Positions 19,935-29,451 of a DNA stretch of 64,000 bases are shown here, in pieces. Position 1 is the stretch's first letter. Every line of letters starts with the position of its first letter. Made by a program: the position numbers and the translations under genes. This DNA comes from an uncultured Verrucomicrobiae bacterium (lineage in GTDB: Bacteria; Verrucomicrobiota; Verrucomicrobiia; Chthoniobacterales; UBA10450). The DNA lies in contig CAVTMK010000004.1 of NCBI GenBank assembly GCA_963735805.1, positions 736,001 through 800,000 on the forward strand. Direction: 5' to 3'. The notes below the pieces were generated by a model. That model saw nothing but the letters and a program-made list of their open reading frames with translations. It had not been told where the DNA came from and searched no databases.

Positions 19935-20834
19935 ATGAAGAAGACTTCTTTTATCTTGTGCTCAATTATCGCTTGCGCCTGTTCGGCACAGGCAAAATTA
20001 AATGTCGTCGCGACACTGCCGGACTTCGGATCACTCGCGCGCGAAATCGGTGGCGATAAAGTCAATGTAACAGTTCTGGCGAAAGCCACGGAGGATCCGC
20101 ACTTCGTCGATGCGCGGCCGAGCTTTGTCGTAGCCTTGCGCAATGCCGATGTCCTAATCGATGGCGGTGCAGAACTTGAGGTGGGCTGGTTGCCGCCGCT
20201 TCTGCAAAACGCGAGGAATCCGAAGATCGAGGTGGGCAAACCCGGGCGAATCCAGGCGTCGCAAGGAGTCCGCCTCATGAACGTGCCGGGGAACGTCACA
20301 CGAGCCGCCGGCGACGTTCACGCGCTCGGCAATCCGCATTTTACTGTTGATCCGATTATTGCCAAGGCGATCGCACAACACATCGCGCAATCGTTTTCCG
20401 CTTTGGATCCATCGAACGCCGCATTTTACCAGGCGAACTACAAGAAGTTCGAAACCACGATCAACGCAAAGCTGCAGGAATGGGGCACTGCGCTGCTGCC
20501 GTTTCATGAACAGCACGTCGTAGCGTATCACGATTCATGGCCATACTTCGCGCACCGCTTTGGGTTGAACATCGATATCTTCCTGGAGCCGAAGCCGGGC
20601 ATTCCACCATCCCCGTCACATCTCACAGAAGTGATTGCGCAGATGAAAGCACTGCATATCAAGGCGATTATCGTCGAACCGTTTCATGATCGACGGATCG
20701 CTGAAAAAGTTGCAGGTGCGACGGGCGCGAAAGTGGTGGAGTTCTCACAATTCCCGGGTGGTCTCCCCGGTACGGACAGCTACGTAAAGCTGATGGACAC
20801 ACTGGTGGCCCGTCTCGCGGCGGCGCTGAAGTAG
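19935..20834 (+). CDS. Zn/Mn ABC transporter substrate-binding protein (ZnuA/TroA family)
   Basis: DPHF, GNPHF..DP, YHDSWPYF, EPKPGIPPSPSH. Confidence 0.9.
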   Translation: MKKTSFILCSIIACACSAQAKLNVVATLPDFGSLAREIGGDKVNVTVLAKATEDPHFVDARPSFVVALRNADVLIDGGAELEVGWLPPLLQNARNPKIEVGKPGRIQASQGVRLMNVPGNVTRAAGDVHALGNPHFTVDPIIAKAIAQHIAQSFSALDPSNAAFYQANYKKFETTINAKLQEWGTALLPFHEQHVVAYHDSWPYFAHRFGLNIDIFLEPKPGIPPSPSHLTEVIAQMKALHIKAIIVEPFHDRRIAEKVAGATGAKVVEFSQFPGGLPGTDSYVKLMDTLVARLAAALK

Positions 20835-20836
20835 CC

Positions 20837-21679
20837 ATGTGGGAAGTCATGTTTTGGCCGATCATGGCCTGCGTGCTTTTGCCATGGTTGCTGGTCTACC
20901 TTGGACTGCACGTTGTTCAGCGCGGTATCATTTTCATCGATATCGCCATGGCTCAAATGGCGGCGCTCGGAATTTGCGTTGCGATCCTCTTTCGTATCGA
21001 TTTGGAAAGCTGGACGACCTTTGCAATCGCACTGGCTTTCACGCTCGCTGGCGCGGCAATTTTCTCAGTAACAGGCAAGCGCACGAGCCAAATCCCCCAG
21101 GAAGCAGTCATAGGAATTGCATACGTGGTGGCGGCGGCCGCAGCGGTGTTGCTGCTCAGTCGGGCCGCGGAAGGCGACGAAGAAATCAAAAATATGTTGG
21201 TGGGAAATATTTTGCTCGTTACGCCACACGAGGTTTGGGAGCGGTTTGCGCTTTTCGCGGCGGTCGGCATTTTCCATTTCGTTTTCCGGAGGAATTTCCT
21301 CCTGGTCTCATTCGATCGTGACGGCGCCTATCAGAAAGGACTTCGTGTGCGGTGGTGGGATTTTTTCTTTTATGCGCTTTTCGGCTTGGTTGTGACGAGC
21401 TTCGTCCGCATTGCAGGCGTGCTGCTTGTGTTCAGTTATTTGATCGTCCCTGCGGTTTGTGGAATCAATCTCGCCCAACGAACTGCGAATCGCTTACTCA
21501 TCGGCTGGTTCATCGCGTTGCTCGGCGGGGTTGCAGGTCTGTTTTTTTCCTACTGGTGGGACTTGCCTTCCGGTGCCGCAATCGTCTGTACGTTTGGTGC
21601 GTTGCTAATCCTTATTTCGCTTTTCGCGTTGTGTCGGCATCCTCGAGCACCTTTCGAGAGGGCGGGGGATTCGCGGTAA
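20837..21679 (+). CDS. Zn/Mn ABC transporter permease (ZnuB-like)
   Basis: GLHVVQRGIIFIDIAMAQ, GVLLVFSYLIVPA, DLPSGAAIV. Confidence 0.88.
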   Translation: MWEVMFWPIMACVLLPWLLVYLGLHVVQRGIIFIDIAMAQMAALGICVAILFRIDLESWTTFAIALAFTLAGAAIFSVTGKRTSQIPQEAVIGIAYVVAAAAAVLLLSRAAEGDEEIKNMLVGNILLVTPHEVWERFALFAAVGIFHFVFRRNFLLVSFDRDGAYQKGLRVRWWDFFFYALFGLVVTSFVRIAGVLLVFSYLIVPAVCGINLAQRTANRLLIGWFIALLGGVAGLFFSYWWDLPSGAAIVCTFGALLILISLFALCRHPRAPFERAGDSR

Positions 21680-21712
21680 CATTTTGGGATAACCGCGCTA
21701 TTTTGAGTCGGC

Positions 21713-22648
21713 ATGCATCGAACTGACCATTCACACTTCAGGAAACGGCACGATTTCGTTCCGGATTTTTCGCACGCGGAACGGCGGACCCGCATCGTGA
21801 TCGCCGTTACAGCCGCGATGATGATCGTCGAGATCGCGGTTGGATTGATGTCCAACTCGATGGCGTTGCTGGCCGACGGCTGGCATATGAGCACGCATGT
21901 TCTTGCGTTTTTGATAACTGCAGTCGCCTACTATTTTTCGCGGACACAAGCCAGCAACGCGCGCTTCAGCTTCGGGACTGGAAAAGTCGGCGTGCTGGGC
22001 GGGTTCACCAGCGCGGTTGTGCTTTCGATCGTAGCGCTGTTAATGGCAGGCGAATCCCTGCATCGGTTGTTTGTTCCTTTGGAAATTCATTTTAACGAAG
22101 CGATCGGTATCGCTTGCGTCGGATTGCTGGTAAACCTTGGTTGCGCAGTGTTGCTCGCGGATCGCCATCACGAAAGTGGTCATGGTAGCGTTCACGATCA
22201 TGATCTAAATCTGCGGGCCGCCTATCTCCATGTGCTGGCCGATGCGTTTACTTCGGTACTGGCCATTACAGCGTTAACCGGCGGCAAATTCTTTGGCTGG
22301 GCGTGGCTTGATCCAGTTGTGGGAGTTGTCGGAAGCGGCGTGGTTTTTTCGTGGTCCTACACACTGTTGCGTGATACGGCCGGGATCTTGCTGGATTGCA
22401 CGCCGTCCTCTTCGGATTTGCCTGATGAAATTCGTCGAGCGGTGGAAAGTGATGGCGATTCACTCGTGACCGATCTGCACGTGTGGCAGGTCGGCATCGG
22501 CAAGTATGCGGCAATGATCTCTGTCGTAGCTCACGAACCGAAGAGTTGCGAGTCCTATCGGGCCTTGCTGCGTGGACATCACGAACTGGTTCACGTCACG
22601 GTTGAAACGCTACATTGCCGCGACGATCACACACCGGCGCGCTCCTAG
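21713..22648 (+). CDS. Cation diffusion facilitator (DmeF-like Co/Ni/Zn exporter)
   Basis: SMALLADGWHM, His-rich loop, NLRAAYLHVLAD, DLHVW, HVTVE. Confidence 0.9.
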   Translation: MHRTDHSHFRKRHDFVPDFSHAERRTRIVIAVTAAMMIVEIAVGLMSNSMALLADGWHMSTHVLAFLITAVAYYFSRTQASNARFSFGTGKVGVLGGFTSAVVLSIVALLMAGESLHRLFVPLEIHFNEAIGIACVGLLVNLGCAVLLADRHHESGHGSVHDHDLNLRAAYLHVLADAFTSVLAITALTGGKFFGWAWLDPVVGVVGSGVVFSWSYTLLRDTAGILLDCTPSSSDLPDEIRRAVESDGDSLVTDLHVWQVGIGKYAAMISVVAHEPKSCESYRALLRGHHELVHVTVETLHCRDDHTPARS

Positions 22649-22918
22649 GAGTCTGTTGAAATACTTAGCCATGCCGCGTTGCCGCCGATTTTTTGCCTCT
22701 CCAAGAGGCGAGGAGGGCGCATACCCGCGGTGGTCTGTAACCGACGAGCAACGCCCGAGAGGCAAAAAAGCGACCCAACCCGGAGGGCGAGAGACTTTGG
22801 ACTACCTGGCGTCGTTGCTCGCTCCTCGCATGTTACTTCAAACATGGTTGTCACTCGCGCCTTGGCACCCAACCCAAAGCGCTCTTGCGCGACATGGCTG
22901 AGCATTCCAACAGACTCC
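22648..22918. mobile_element. MITE, 271 bp, with about 26-bp imperfect terminal inverted repeats and TA duplication
   Basis: TA|GGAGTCTGTTGAAATACTTAGCCATG ... CATGGCTGAGCATTCCAACAGACTCC|TA; internal inverted repeats; no transposase. Confidence 0.85.
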
Positions 22919-22920
22919 TA

Positions 22921-23679
22921 ATGATCTACGCGCTCTGGCAAGTCGTCGCGGCTTACGTTTTCGCTCTTGCCGGTGGAGGGATCAGCACCTCGTTGCACCT
23001 GGGGCACAAGCCGCTTTGCGCGCTCATTAGCTTCGCGGCGGGAACGCTTCTTGGGGTTACGCTCTTTGCAATTTTGCCCGAAGGTCTGAACGACAGCGGC
23101 GCATGGCCAGTGGTCGCGGCCGCAGCTAGCGGATACGTATTATTTCTTTTTATCAGCAAATACGTCCATCATGTTTGCCCGGCCTGTGCTGCCAGTCATT
23201 TCGACGCGGATGCAACACGACACTTCAGCGAGATCGCCACAGCGCTCATCATTGCATTGGCGATTCACAGCACGACCGATGGGTTGGCCTTGGGAATTCA
23301 ACAGGAAGCGCCCTCAACAGACGCGACAAAATGGTCGCTATTCTCCGCTCTGTGCATTCACAAAGTCCCTGAAGGTCTCGCGCTCGGCAGCCTTTTGATC
23401 GGGGCTGGACTGCGACGCTCGACCGCGCTCGGTTGGGTTGCTGCCGTTGAAGCAACTACGCTCGTCGGCGGCGTGATCGGTATGTTGTGGCTGGGGAAAG
23501 TCTCGGCTTTTTGGCTTGGCTTGATCATGGCGCATGTTGGCGGCGGATTTCTTTATCTCGCAACACACGCTGTAGTTGGAGAAATGCTGAAACATGGCAA
23601 AAAACTTGTGCTGACAAGCTTTTCGATAGGAGTAGGACTGATCGCGGTTCTCAACATCGGGTTAAGGGCCATTGGCTAG
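22921..23679 (+). CDS. ZIP family metal transporter
   Basis: SFAAGTLLG, HHVCPACAASH loop, IHSTTDG, IHKVPEG; true start is the ATG right after the MITE. Confidence 0.85.
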   Translation: MIYALWQVVAAYVFALAGGGISTSLHLGHKPLCALISFAAGTLLGVTLFAILPEGLNDSGAWPVVAAAASGYVLFLFISKYVHHVCPACAASHFDADATRHFSEIATALIIALAIHSTTDGLALGIQQEAPSTDATKWSLFSALCIHKVPEGLALGSLLIGAGLRRSTALGWVAAVEATTLVGGVIGMLWLGKVSAFWLGLIMAHVGGGFLYLATHAVVGEMLKHGKKLVLTSFSIGVGLIAVLNIGLRAIG

Positions 23680-23723
23680 AGTGCCGCGTTGCGCTTCGCA
23701 CAGCGAAGCAGCTACAGTGATTC

Positions 23724-25034
23724 GTGCATTCCTTTCGTTATCGCGACGGACATCTCTGCTGCGAAGACGTCGATCTTACCCGTGTGGCAGAGGAACTCGG
23801 CACGCCGATTTATGTTTATAGTGCAACAACAGTTGTCGATCACTACACGCGCCTCGATGCGGCGCTCGCGCCGTTGGACCACCTGATTTGTTACGCGGTC
23901 AAAGCAAACTCAAATGGCGCCATCCTGAAATTGCTGGCAGCCGTGGGCGCGGCTTTTGACATCGTTTCGGGCGGCGAACTTTATCGTGTAATCGCGGCTG
24001 GTGGTGATCCAGGCAAGTGCACATTCGCCGGCGTAGGCAAATCGCGAGAGGAAATTGAATACGCGCTCGAGCAGCGGGTTTACAGCTTCAATGTCGAGAG
24101 CGAAGCGGAGCTGGAACAGATCGATCGTATTGCAGGTGCAAAAGAAACGCGTGCGCCGATCGCCTTACGCGTGAATCCCGATGTCGATCCGCATACGCAC
24201 GAGTACATCTCGACCGGTTCGCACGAAAACAAGTTCGGTATCGCACTGGACAGCGTCCCCGCGGCGTACGAGCGAGCTGCCAAAATGCGGAACCTCGAAA
24301 TCGTGGGCGTACAAATGCACATTGGCTCGCAAATCACAGAGGCGTCGCCGTTCGCGACCGCGATCGGAAAGGTGACGCCACTCGTACACGAGTTGAAATC
24401 AAAATACGGAATCAAGTTCTTCAGCATTGGCGGCGGGATGGGGATTGTTTACCGACGCGCCCTCGAGAGCGGTTCCGGCAAATGGTGGCACGACCACGGT
24501 GGCGAATCGTCCGCGTTTAGCGTCGCCGATTACGCTGAGGCCGTTGTTCCGCTCTTGCGGGAGCTTAACGTTCGCATACTGGTCGAACCCGGTCGCTTTC
24601 TTGTAGGCAATGCCGGCGTCTTAATCACACGCGTGCGTTACATCAAAACCTCGGGGGTAAAGAAGTTCGCTATCGTGGACGCAGGTATGAACGACCTCAT
24701 TCGCCCGGCGCTCTATCACAGCAATCACGACATCGTACCGGTTGAAGAACCGGGCAGGACCAAAAGCAACGATACAGAGAAGATCGATGTTGTTGGGCCA
24801 GTATGCGAATCGGGCGACTTCTTCGCGCTGGAGCGGGAGATGCCTGAACTCCATGAGGGCGATCTACTCGCTGTCATGAGCGCTGGCGCGTATGGATTTG
24901 TGATGGCTTCGAATTACAATTCCCGTCCCCTTCTGGCTGAGGCGCTGGTGCGTGGCGACAAGTTTAGACTGATTCGAAAACGGCAAACGTGGGAAGATCT
25001 CCTGCGCGAGGAGGTGGTGCCAAAATGGCTGTAG
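23724..25034 (+). CDS. lysA: Diaminopimelate decarboxylase
   Basis: YAVKANSN, HIGSQI, EPGRFLV, GPVCESGD, MASNYNSRP. Confidence 0.95.
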   Translation: MHSFRYRDGHLCCEDVDLTRVAEELGTPIYVYSATTVVDHYTRLDAALAPLDHLICYAVKANSNGAILKLLAAVGAAFDIVSGGELYRVIAAGGDPGKCTFAGVGKSREEIEYALEQRVYSFNVESEAELEQIDRIAGAKETRAPIALRVNPDVDPHTHEYISTGSHENKFGIALDSVPAAYERAAKMRNLEIVGVQMHIGSQITEASPFATAIGKVTPLVHELKSKYGIKFFSIGGGMGIVYRRALESGSGKWWHDHGGESSAFSVADYAEAVVPLLRELNVRILVEPGRFLVGNAGVLITRVRYIKTSGVKKFAIVDAGMNDLIRPALYHSNHDIVPVEEPGRTKSNDTEKIDVVGPVCESGDFFALEREMPELHEGDLLAVMSAGAYGFVMASNYNSRPLLAEALVRGDKFRLIRKRQTWEDLLREEVVPKWL

Positions 25035-25118
25035 CCGGTAAGAGGCATGCGGGCCGACGGCGGTTACAGCGCCGACTTGCGTAATTTGGCGTTCGGCATA
25101 AATAGTCCCCTGCTTCCG

Positions 25119-25820
25119 ATGATGAAACGCTTCTTACTCGTTTGTTGTTTATCGCTGTTAGCGGTCGGCTCCAGGGCCGCTTCGCCGGTTTCGGGCGAAT
25201 ACATCATCCTTGTCGGCGGGCCATCCATGTACCAGTGGGAAAAGTATAAGACCTACCCGCACGATCATTGGTGGGCGAACTTTGTTCGGGCGGCGCGTAT
25301 ACGTACCGAACAGGTGCGAACCGAGCTTGGCCCGGACGTAAAAATTACCTGGCTTGTTTACAGACAGGGTTACGAGGACCGCGCAAAACAGGAGCACCAG
25401 GATCTGATCAGCCTCATCGGTACTATACGTGACAAATTTAATATTAACCTCGTCTGGTTTGGTCCGGGCGACGCAGTGATCAACTATCTGAACAACGGCG
25501 AGCCACGAGATCAGATGAAGGTCATCGGTTTTGAATATTTCGGCCACTCGAACCGGGCCTGTTTCATGTTCGATTACAGCAACAACATCGACAGCGCCTG
25601 TAAGTCGTGGTTGCATGAAAACGACCTGACCAAGATCAATCGCCGTATTTTCGCCCGTCATGCTTACGCCAAGAGCTGGGGCTGTCATACCGGCGAAGAG
25701 ATGTCGAAAAAATGGTTCGCTGCCACCGGGGTGCGAATGATCGGAGCGCTTGGCAAAACTCAGTTCATGATGGAAGAACTGCCAATCCTCATTTCCGATG
25801 GCGGCAGGTGGGTGAATTAA
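25119..25820 (+). CDS. Secreted hypothetical protein (possible His/Cys peptidase-like fold)
   Basis: Signal peptide MMKRFLLVCC; FEYFGHS and WGCHTG motifs. Confidence 0.65.
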   Translation: MMKRFLLVCCLSLLAVGSRAASPVSGEYIILVGGPSMYQWEKYKTYPHDHWWANFVRAARIRTEQVRTELGPDVKITWLVYRQGYEDRAKQEHQDLISLIGTIRDKFNINLVWFGPGDAVINYLNNGEPRDQMKVIGFEYFGHSNRACFMFDYSNNIDSACKSWLHENDLTKINRRIFARHAYAKSWGCHTGEEMSKKWFAATGVRMIGALGKTQFMMEELPILISDGGRWVN

Positions 25821-25851
25821 ATTTCGGATTTCAGATTTCGGAATTCGGATT
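25821..25851. repeat. Heptamer tandem repeat (ATTTCGG)n, degenerate
   Basis: atttcgg atttcag atttcgg aattcgg att. Confidence 0.6.
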
Positions 25852-25869
25852 TGACATCGCGACATCGCG

Positions 25870-26048
25870 ATGACGTTTCGGGAACTCGAACACCTCTACG
25901 ATCTGCCACTGTTCGACCTCATCTCACAAAGCCGTGCTGTTCACCTTCAGCATTGGCGAGGTGAAGAAGTGCAGCGTTGCAGCCTGCTAAGTATCAAGAC
26001 TGGCGGCTGCAGCGAAAATTGTGCGTACTGCGCGCGGTCTGCTCGCAC
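25870..26048 (+). pseudogene. bioB: 5' fragment of biotin synthase
   Basis: LYDLPLFDLI...VQRCSLLSIKTGGCSENCAYCARSAR matches the BioB N-terminus with its CxxxCxxC motif; similarity stops after about 59 codons. Confidence 0.8.
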
Positions 26049-26200
26049 GAACTCGGTTTGCAGCCGCCACAGGTCGCTGAGGCTGAGAAAATGTCGTTCC
26101 CTCAATTCTAGTAGGCCAAGATTGGGATCGACATTGGTCCGTCGTTTTGCGATGAAGCTTTTCGGTTCGGTGGGCGCAAGGATTTCAACAGAAAGAAATT

Positions 26201-26620
26201 ATGGACTGGAAAAAATTCTTCATCGCATTCGTTGCAGCGTTTGGTTTCATTTTCGTGTTTGGATTCCTTTGGTACGGCAAGCTGATGCACGGGGTACATC
26301 AGGAAGTTCCTGCGCTTTGGCGTTCTGAGGCAGAGTTTGGCAACTATTTTTCGTGGCTTGTTTTTGGACACATCATCATGGCGTTTTTTCTTACGTTGCT
26401 TTGTGCAAAATTCGTCCCGGCTGGCGGCCCGGGTCCATGCGCTCAGCTGGGGATTTTGCTCGCGCTTGTCTATGTCGGTAACGACTTCATCACATACGCT
26501 GTGCAGCCGCTCACGTTGAAAATGCTTTGCGGCTGGATTGTTGGTGGTCTAATTCAATTTGGTGTCGCTGGCGCAATTATCGGCGTGATTTACAAGTCCA
26601 GCTCACCCGCGACACGTTAG
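26201..26620 (+). CDS. Small 4-TM membrane protein (DUF1761-like)
   Basis: Four hydrophobic segments, FGFLWYG motif. Confidence 0.7.
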   Translation: MDWKKFFIAFVAAFGFIFVFGFLWYGKLMHGVHQEVPALWRSEAEFGNYFSWLVFGHIIMAFFLTLLCAKFVPAGGPGPCAQLGILLALVYVGNDFITYAVQPLTLKMLCGWIVGGLIQFGVAGAIIGVIYKSSSPATR

Positions 26621-26631
26621 ACTCCAGATTT

Positions 26632-27045
26632 ATGAAACGATTCATCATCGCATTTATTGCCGCATTTATCTTCATCTTCTTGTGGGGATGGCTCTACAAC
26701 GGCACCCTGCTGAAAGATTCTTTTGCTGAGGTGCAAAGTCTCTTTCGGCCGCGCGAAGAAATGATCGGCCTGTTTCACTGGATCATTATCGGTCAAGCGG
26801 GGTTGGCCCTCGCTTTCGTCATGATTTACGCCAGCGGCTTTGCCGGAGGCGGAATTGCGGCCGGTGTTCGCCTCGGAATCATGCTGGAAATTCTGGCGAT
26901 TGGCGCGCGTTGCGCGATTTACGCGACACAGCCATTCCCAGCAAAGCTTCTCGTGCTGATTAGCATTGGCGGCTTCATCGAGATGATTGTGACTGGCGTC
27001 ATAGTCGGTGCGATTTACAAACCGGCAGCTGAGCGGCCGTCTTAG
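26632..27045 (+). CDS. Small 4-TM membrane protein, paralogue of 26201..26620
   Basis: MKRFIIAFIAAF..., YATQP, GAIYK shared with the upstream ORF. Confidence 0.7.
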   Translation: MKRFIIAFIAAFIFIFLWGWLYNGTLLKDSFAEVQSLFRPREEMIGLFHWIIIGQAGLALAFVMIYASGFAGGGIAAGVRLGIMLEILAIGARCAIYATQPFPAKLLVLISIGGFIEMIVTGVIVGAIYKPAAERPS

Positions 27046-27147
27046 AGCCGGAGCCGCTTCAGTTCATACCGATTTCAAAGTTAAACGTTTCGCGTCTGTC
27101 GCACTGCCACATTGTGGAGGCGAATTGAGCGGTGAACGTTGACATCC

Positions 27148-28191
27148 ATGGGAAAAAATTCGCAATTTCCAGCCGCCCTCGGATATCGCATGCCCGCGGA
27201 ATGGGAATCGCACGTCGCAACGTGGCTTTCATGGCCGCGGCGCGAGGGGATCAGCTTTCCGGACTCCTTCGATCGCGTGATGCCGACGTTGCGGGAAATG
27301 GTTAAGGCGCTGATCGAATCCGAACAGGTTTGCATTAATGTTTGCAATGCCGCTCATGAAGCTGCGGCACGCGAGGTCCTCCGCGGATTACGCTTCGAAC
27401 GAATCTCTTTTTACAAGGTGCCCACAAACGAGCCATGGTGCCGAGATCACGGCCCAATCTTTCTGACTCGCACCAGCAAGCCAAAGCTTGCGGTGGTGGA
27501 TTGGGATTACAACGCGTGGGGAAACAAGTATCCGCCGTTCGATCTCGATGAAGTCGTGCCAACGCGCGTCGCGGAAATACTCGATGTTCCGGTGTTTTGT
27601 CCGGGAATGATTTTGGAAGGCGGCTCCATCGATGTGAATGGCTCTGGCGCGTTGCTTACCAGTGAATCATGTTTGTTAAACAAGAATCGAAATCCGGGTC
27701 TTTCGCGTGAACAGATCGAGCAACGCTTGCGGGATTATCTGGGCGTTCGCGAGATTCTCTGGCTCGGCGACGGAATCGCCGGCGACGATACGGATGGTCA
27801 CATTGACGATCTCGCGCGTTTTGTTTCCGACCGCAGGGTTGTTACCGTTGTCGAACACGATCGCCGCGACGAAAATTACGAGCCACTCCAGAAAAATCTC
27901 GACCGTCTGCAGCGAATGAAAATTGGCAGTCGCCCGATTGAGGTTATTACGCTCCCAATGCCGAAGAAGATCATGCGCGAAGGCCTTCGGCTACCGGCGA
28001 GCTATGCGAACTTCTACATCGCGAATACCTGTGTGCTTTTCCCGACGTTCGCCGATTCCACCGATGAAACCGCACTTTCGGTTCTGCGCGAATGCTTTCC
28101 AGACCGGCGCGTGATCGGGATCGATTGCCGAGAACTGGTTTGGGGCCTGGGCGCATTTCATTGCCTCACGCAACAGCAACCGGCGGTATGA
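27148..28191 (+). CDS. aguA: Agmatine deiminase family protein
   Basis: RMPAEWE, WCRDHGP, LEGGSID, DTDGHIDD, ASYANFY, GAFHCLTQQQP. Confidence 0.92.
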   Translation: MGKNSQFPAALGYRMPAEWESHVATWLSWPRREGISFPDSFDRVMPTLREMVKALIESEQVCINVCNAAHEAAAREVLRGLRFERISFYKVPTNEPWCRDHGPIFLTRTSKPKLAVVDWDYNAWGNKYPPFDLDEVVPTRVAEILDVPVFCPGMILEGGSIDVNGSGALLTSESCLLNKNRNPGLSREQIEQRLRDYLGVREILWLGDGIAGDDTDGHIDDLARFVSDRRVVTVVEHDRRDENYEPLQKNLDRLQRMKIGSRPIEVITLPMPKKIMREGLRLPASYANFYIANTCVLFPTFADSTDETALSVLRECFPDRRVIGIDCRELVWGLGAFHCLTQQQPAV

Positions 28192-28254
28192 TTCCTGTAA
28201 TGTCGCTCTATGAGCGACGAAACGATTCGTGCGCCACAAACCGCCCGCACAAGT

Positions 28255-28545
28255 TCAATCGGCTGTCTGCCCCGGTTTGTACCCGCTCTTTAGAATTGCG
28301 TCGTGAAGATCGGGCGCGTGCGTTTTGCGCGCGTCAAACGTGACGATGACGCGCTCATGCTTCAGGTCCACTTTTACATCGTTGACACCGGCAATTTTCT
28401 TCAGCACCGGTCTGAGCTTACGCACGCATTCGTCGCAATCTTCGCCTTCAGTGGCGATCTCAATCGTTTCCAGGACCGCGTGGTCAGCCCGTTCAGGATT
28501 GAACGGATCGGCCGGATCAGGCTTGTTTGGTCGTGCAGGGTCCAT
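28255..28545 (-). CDS. Heavy-metal-associated (HMA/CopZ-like) protein
   Basis: GEDCDECV CxxC motif, GV..VKVDL, AILKSGY. Confidence 0.8.
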   Translation of the reverse strand: MDPARPNKPDPADPFNPERADHAVLETIEIATEGEDCDECVRKLRPVLKKIAGVNDVKVDLKHERVIVTFDARKTHAPDLHDAILKSGYKPGQTAD

Positions 28546-28605
28546 CGTACTTTGGTTTTCCTTTAACTACGTGCCCCACCCACGTCGCGGTCGTCTTGGG
28601 CATTC

Positions 28606-28713
28606 TGTCGTCCTGAACGATTGAAGGATCTCGCAGAGCATAACGGGGGTTTCGTTGCAATTAATGTGATCCGGACTTTGTTGGCGAAGTCCCTAACCCC
28701 CCGCGGGATGACA
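28606..28713. repeat. TGTCATCC...GGATGACA-type palindromic element (second copy at 51291-51409)
   Basis: Ends TGTCGTCCTG and CGGGATGACA are inverted; internal GAAGGATCTC/GAAGTCCCT arms; overlaps the arylesterase 3' end. Confidence 0.6.
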
Positions 28714-29353
28714 ATATGGACACCTCGCGCACTACTGGTTGAAGCGCCTCCCAAACCGTTTCGGCAAGAATCTTTTGGCCGGCGACATTCGGATGAATTC
28801 CATCGGACAAATTCATTGATGGATCGCCTGCTACGCCCTGCAGTAGATACGGCACCAGCGCCGCTCCGTTTTTCGAGGCTAGATCAGCGAACATCCTGCC
28901 GAACGAAGACACGTAATCGTCGACCGCGTAATTGGGTAGCTTCATTCCCGCGATCAAGACACGCACCTTTGGGTTTCGGGCTTTCACTTTATCGATGATC
29001 CGCTGAAGATTGTTTTGAATTTGATCTACGGGCACTCCTCGAAAGGCGTCGTTGATTCCGAGCTCGAGAATGAAGATGTCGATCCTGTGTTTCAGATGAG
29101 TCGGGAGACGCTCCAAGCCGCCTTCCGTGGTGCCGCCGGCCGCGCTGGCGTTGGTTACCTGAAAATTCAAGCCCGCCGCGCGTAACTTCTTTGTGAGCAG
29201 CATCGGGTAGGCGTCGCTCGGCGCAAGGCCGAAACCCTGAGAAAGACTATCACCAAGGACCAGGATCGTTTTCGCCGGGCCGGCATAGACGGTCTCACCA
29301 GATAAGATCAACCAGGCAACGCAAAACAGTGTGACGAAGATTCTCACGGGCAA
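28661..29353 (-). CDS. Arylesterase / TesA-like GDSL (SGNH) hydrolase
   Basis: LGDSLSQG, ELGINDA, DGIHPN. Confidence 0.9.
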   Translation of the reverse strand: MPVRIFVTLFCVAWLILSGETVYAGPAKTILVLGDSLSQGFGLAPSDAYPMLLTKKLRAAGLNFQVTNASAAGGTTEGGLERLPTHLKHRIDIFILELGINDAFRGVPVDQIQNNLQRIIDKVKARNPKVRVLIAGMKLPNYAVDDYVSSFGRMFADLASKNGAALVPYLLQGVAGDPSMNLSDGIHPNVAGQKILAETVWEALQPVVREVSILSSRGGLGTSPTKSGSH

Positions 29354-29451
29354 ACGCTGAATGCTTAACCTCCAGCTCTCAACTCGGAAAGGTTTTCGCA
29401 GTTGGACGTTGCAGTTTTTCCGCGTAACGGTTTAACTCTTCAACCTTCCCT

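Noticed and set aside
21672..21696. GCGGTAA...TAACCGC imperfect inverted repeat / Zur-like half site before the CDF gene
   Set aside because: Overlaps the permease stop, matches only half a box and has no second copy in the island
22572..22921. Small ORFs across the CDF-ZIP gap and the extended ZIP start at 22885
   Set aside because: They lie within the MITE; no transposase motifs
29415..29429. TTTTCCGCGTAACG upstream of gap matching the array promoter's -35 half
   Set aside because: No CGAA at 16-nt spacing; probably coincidental
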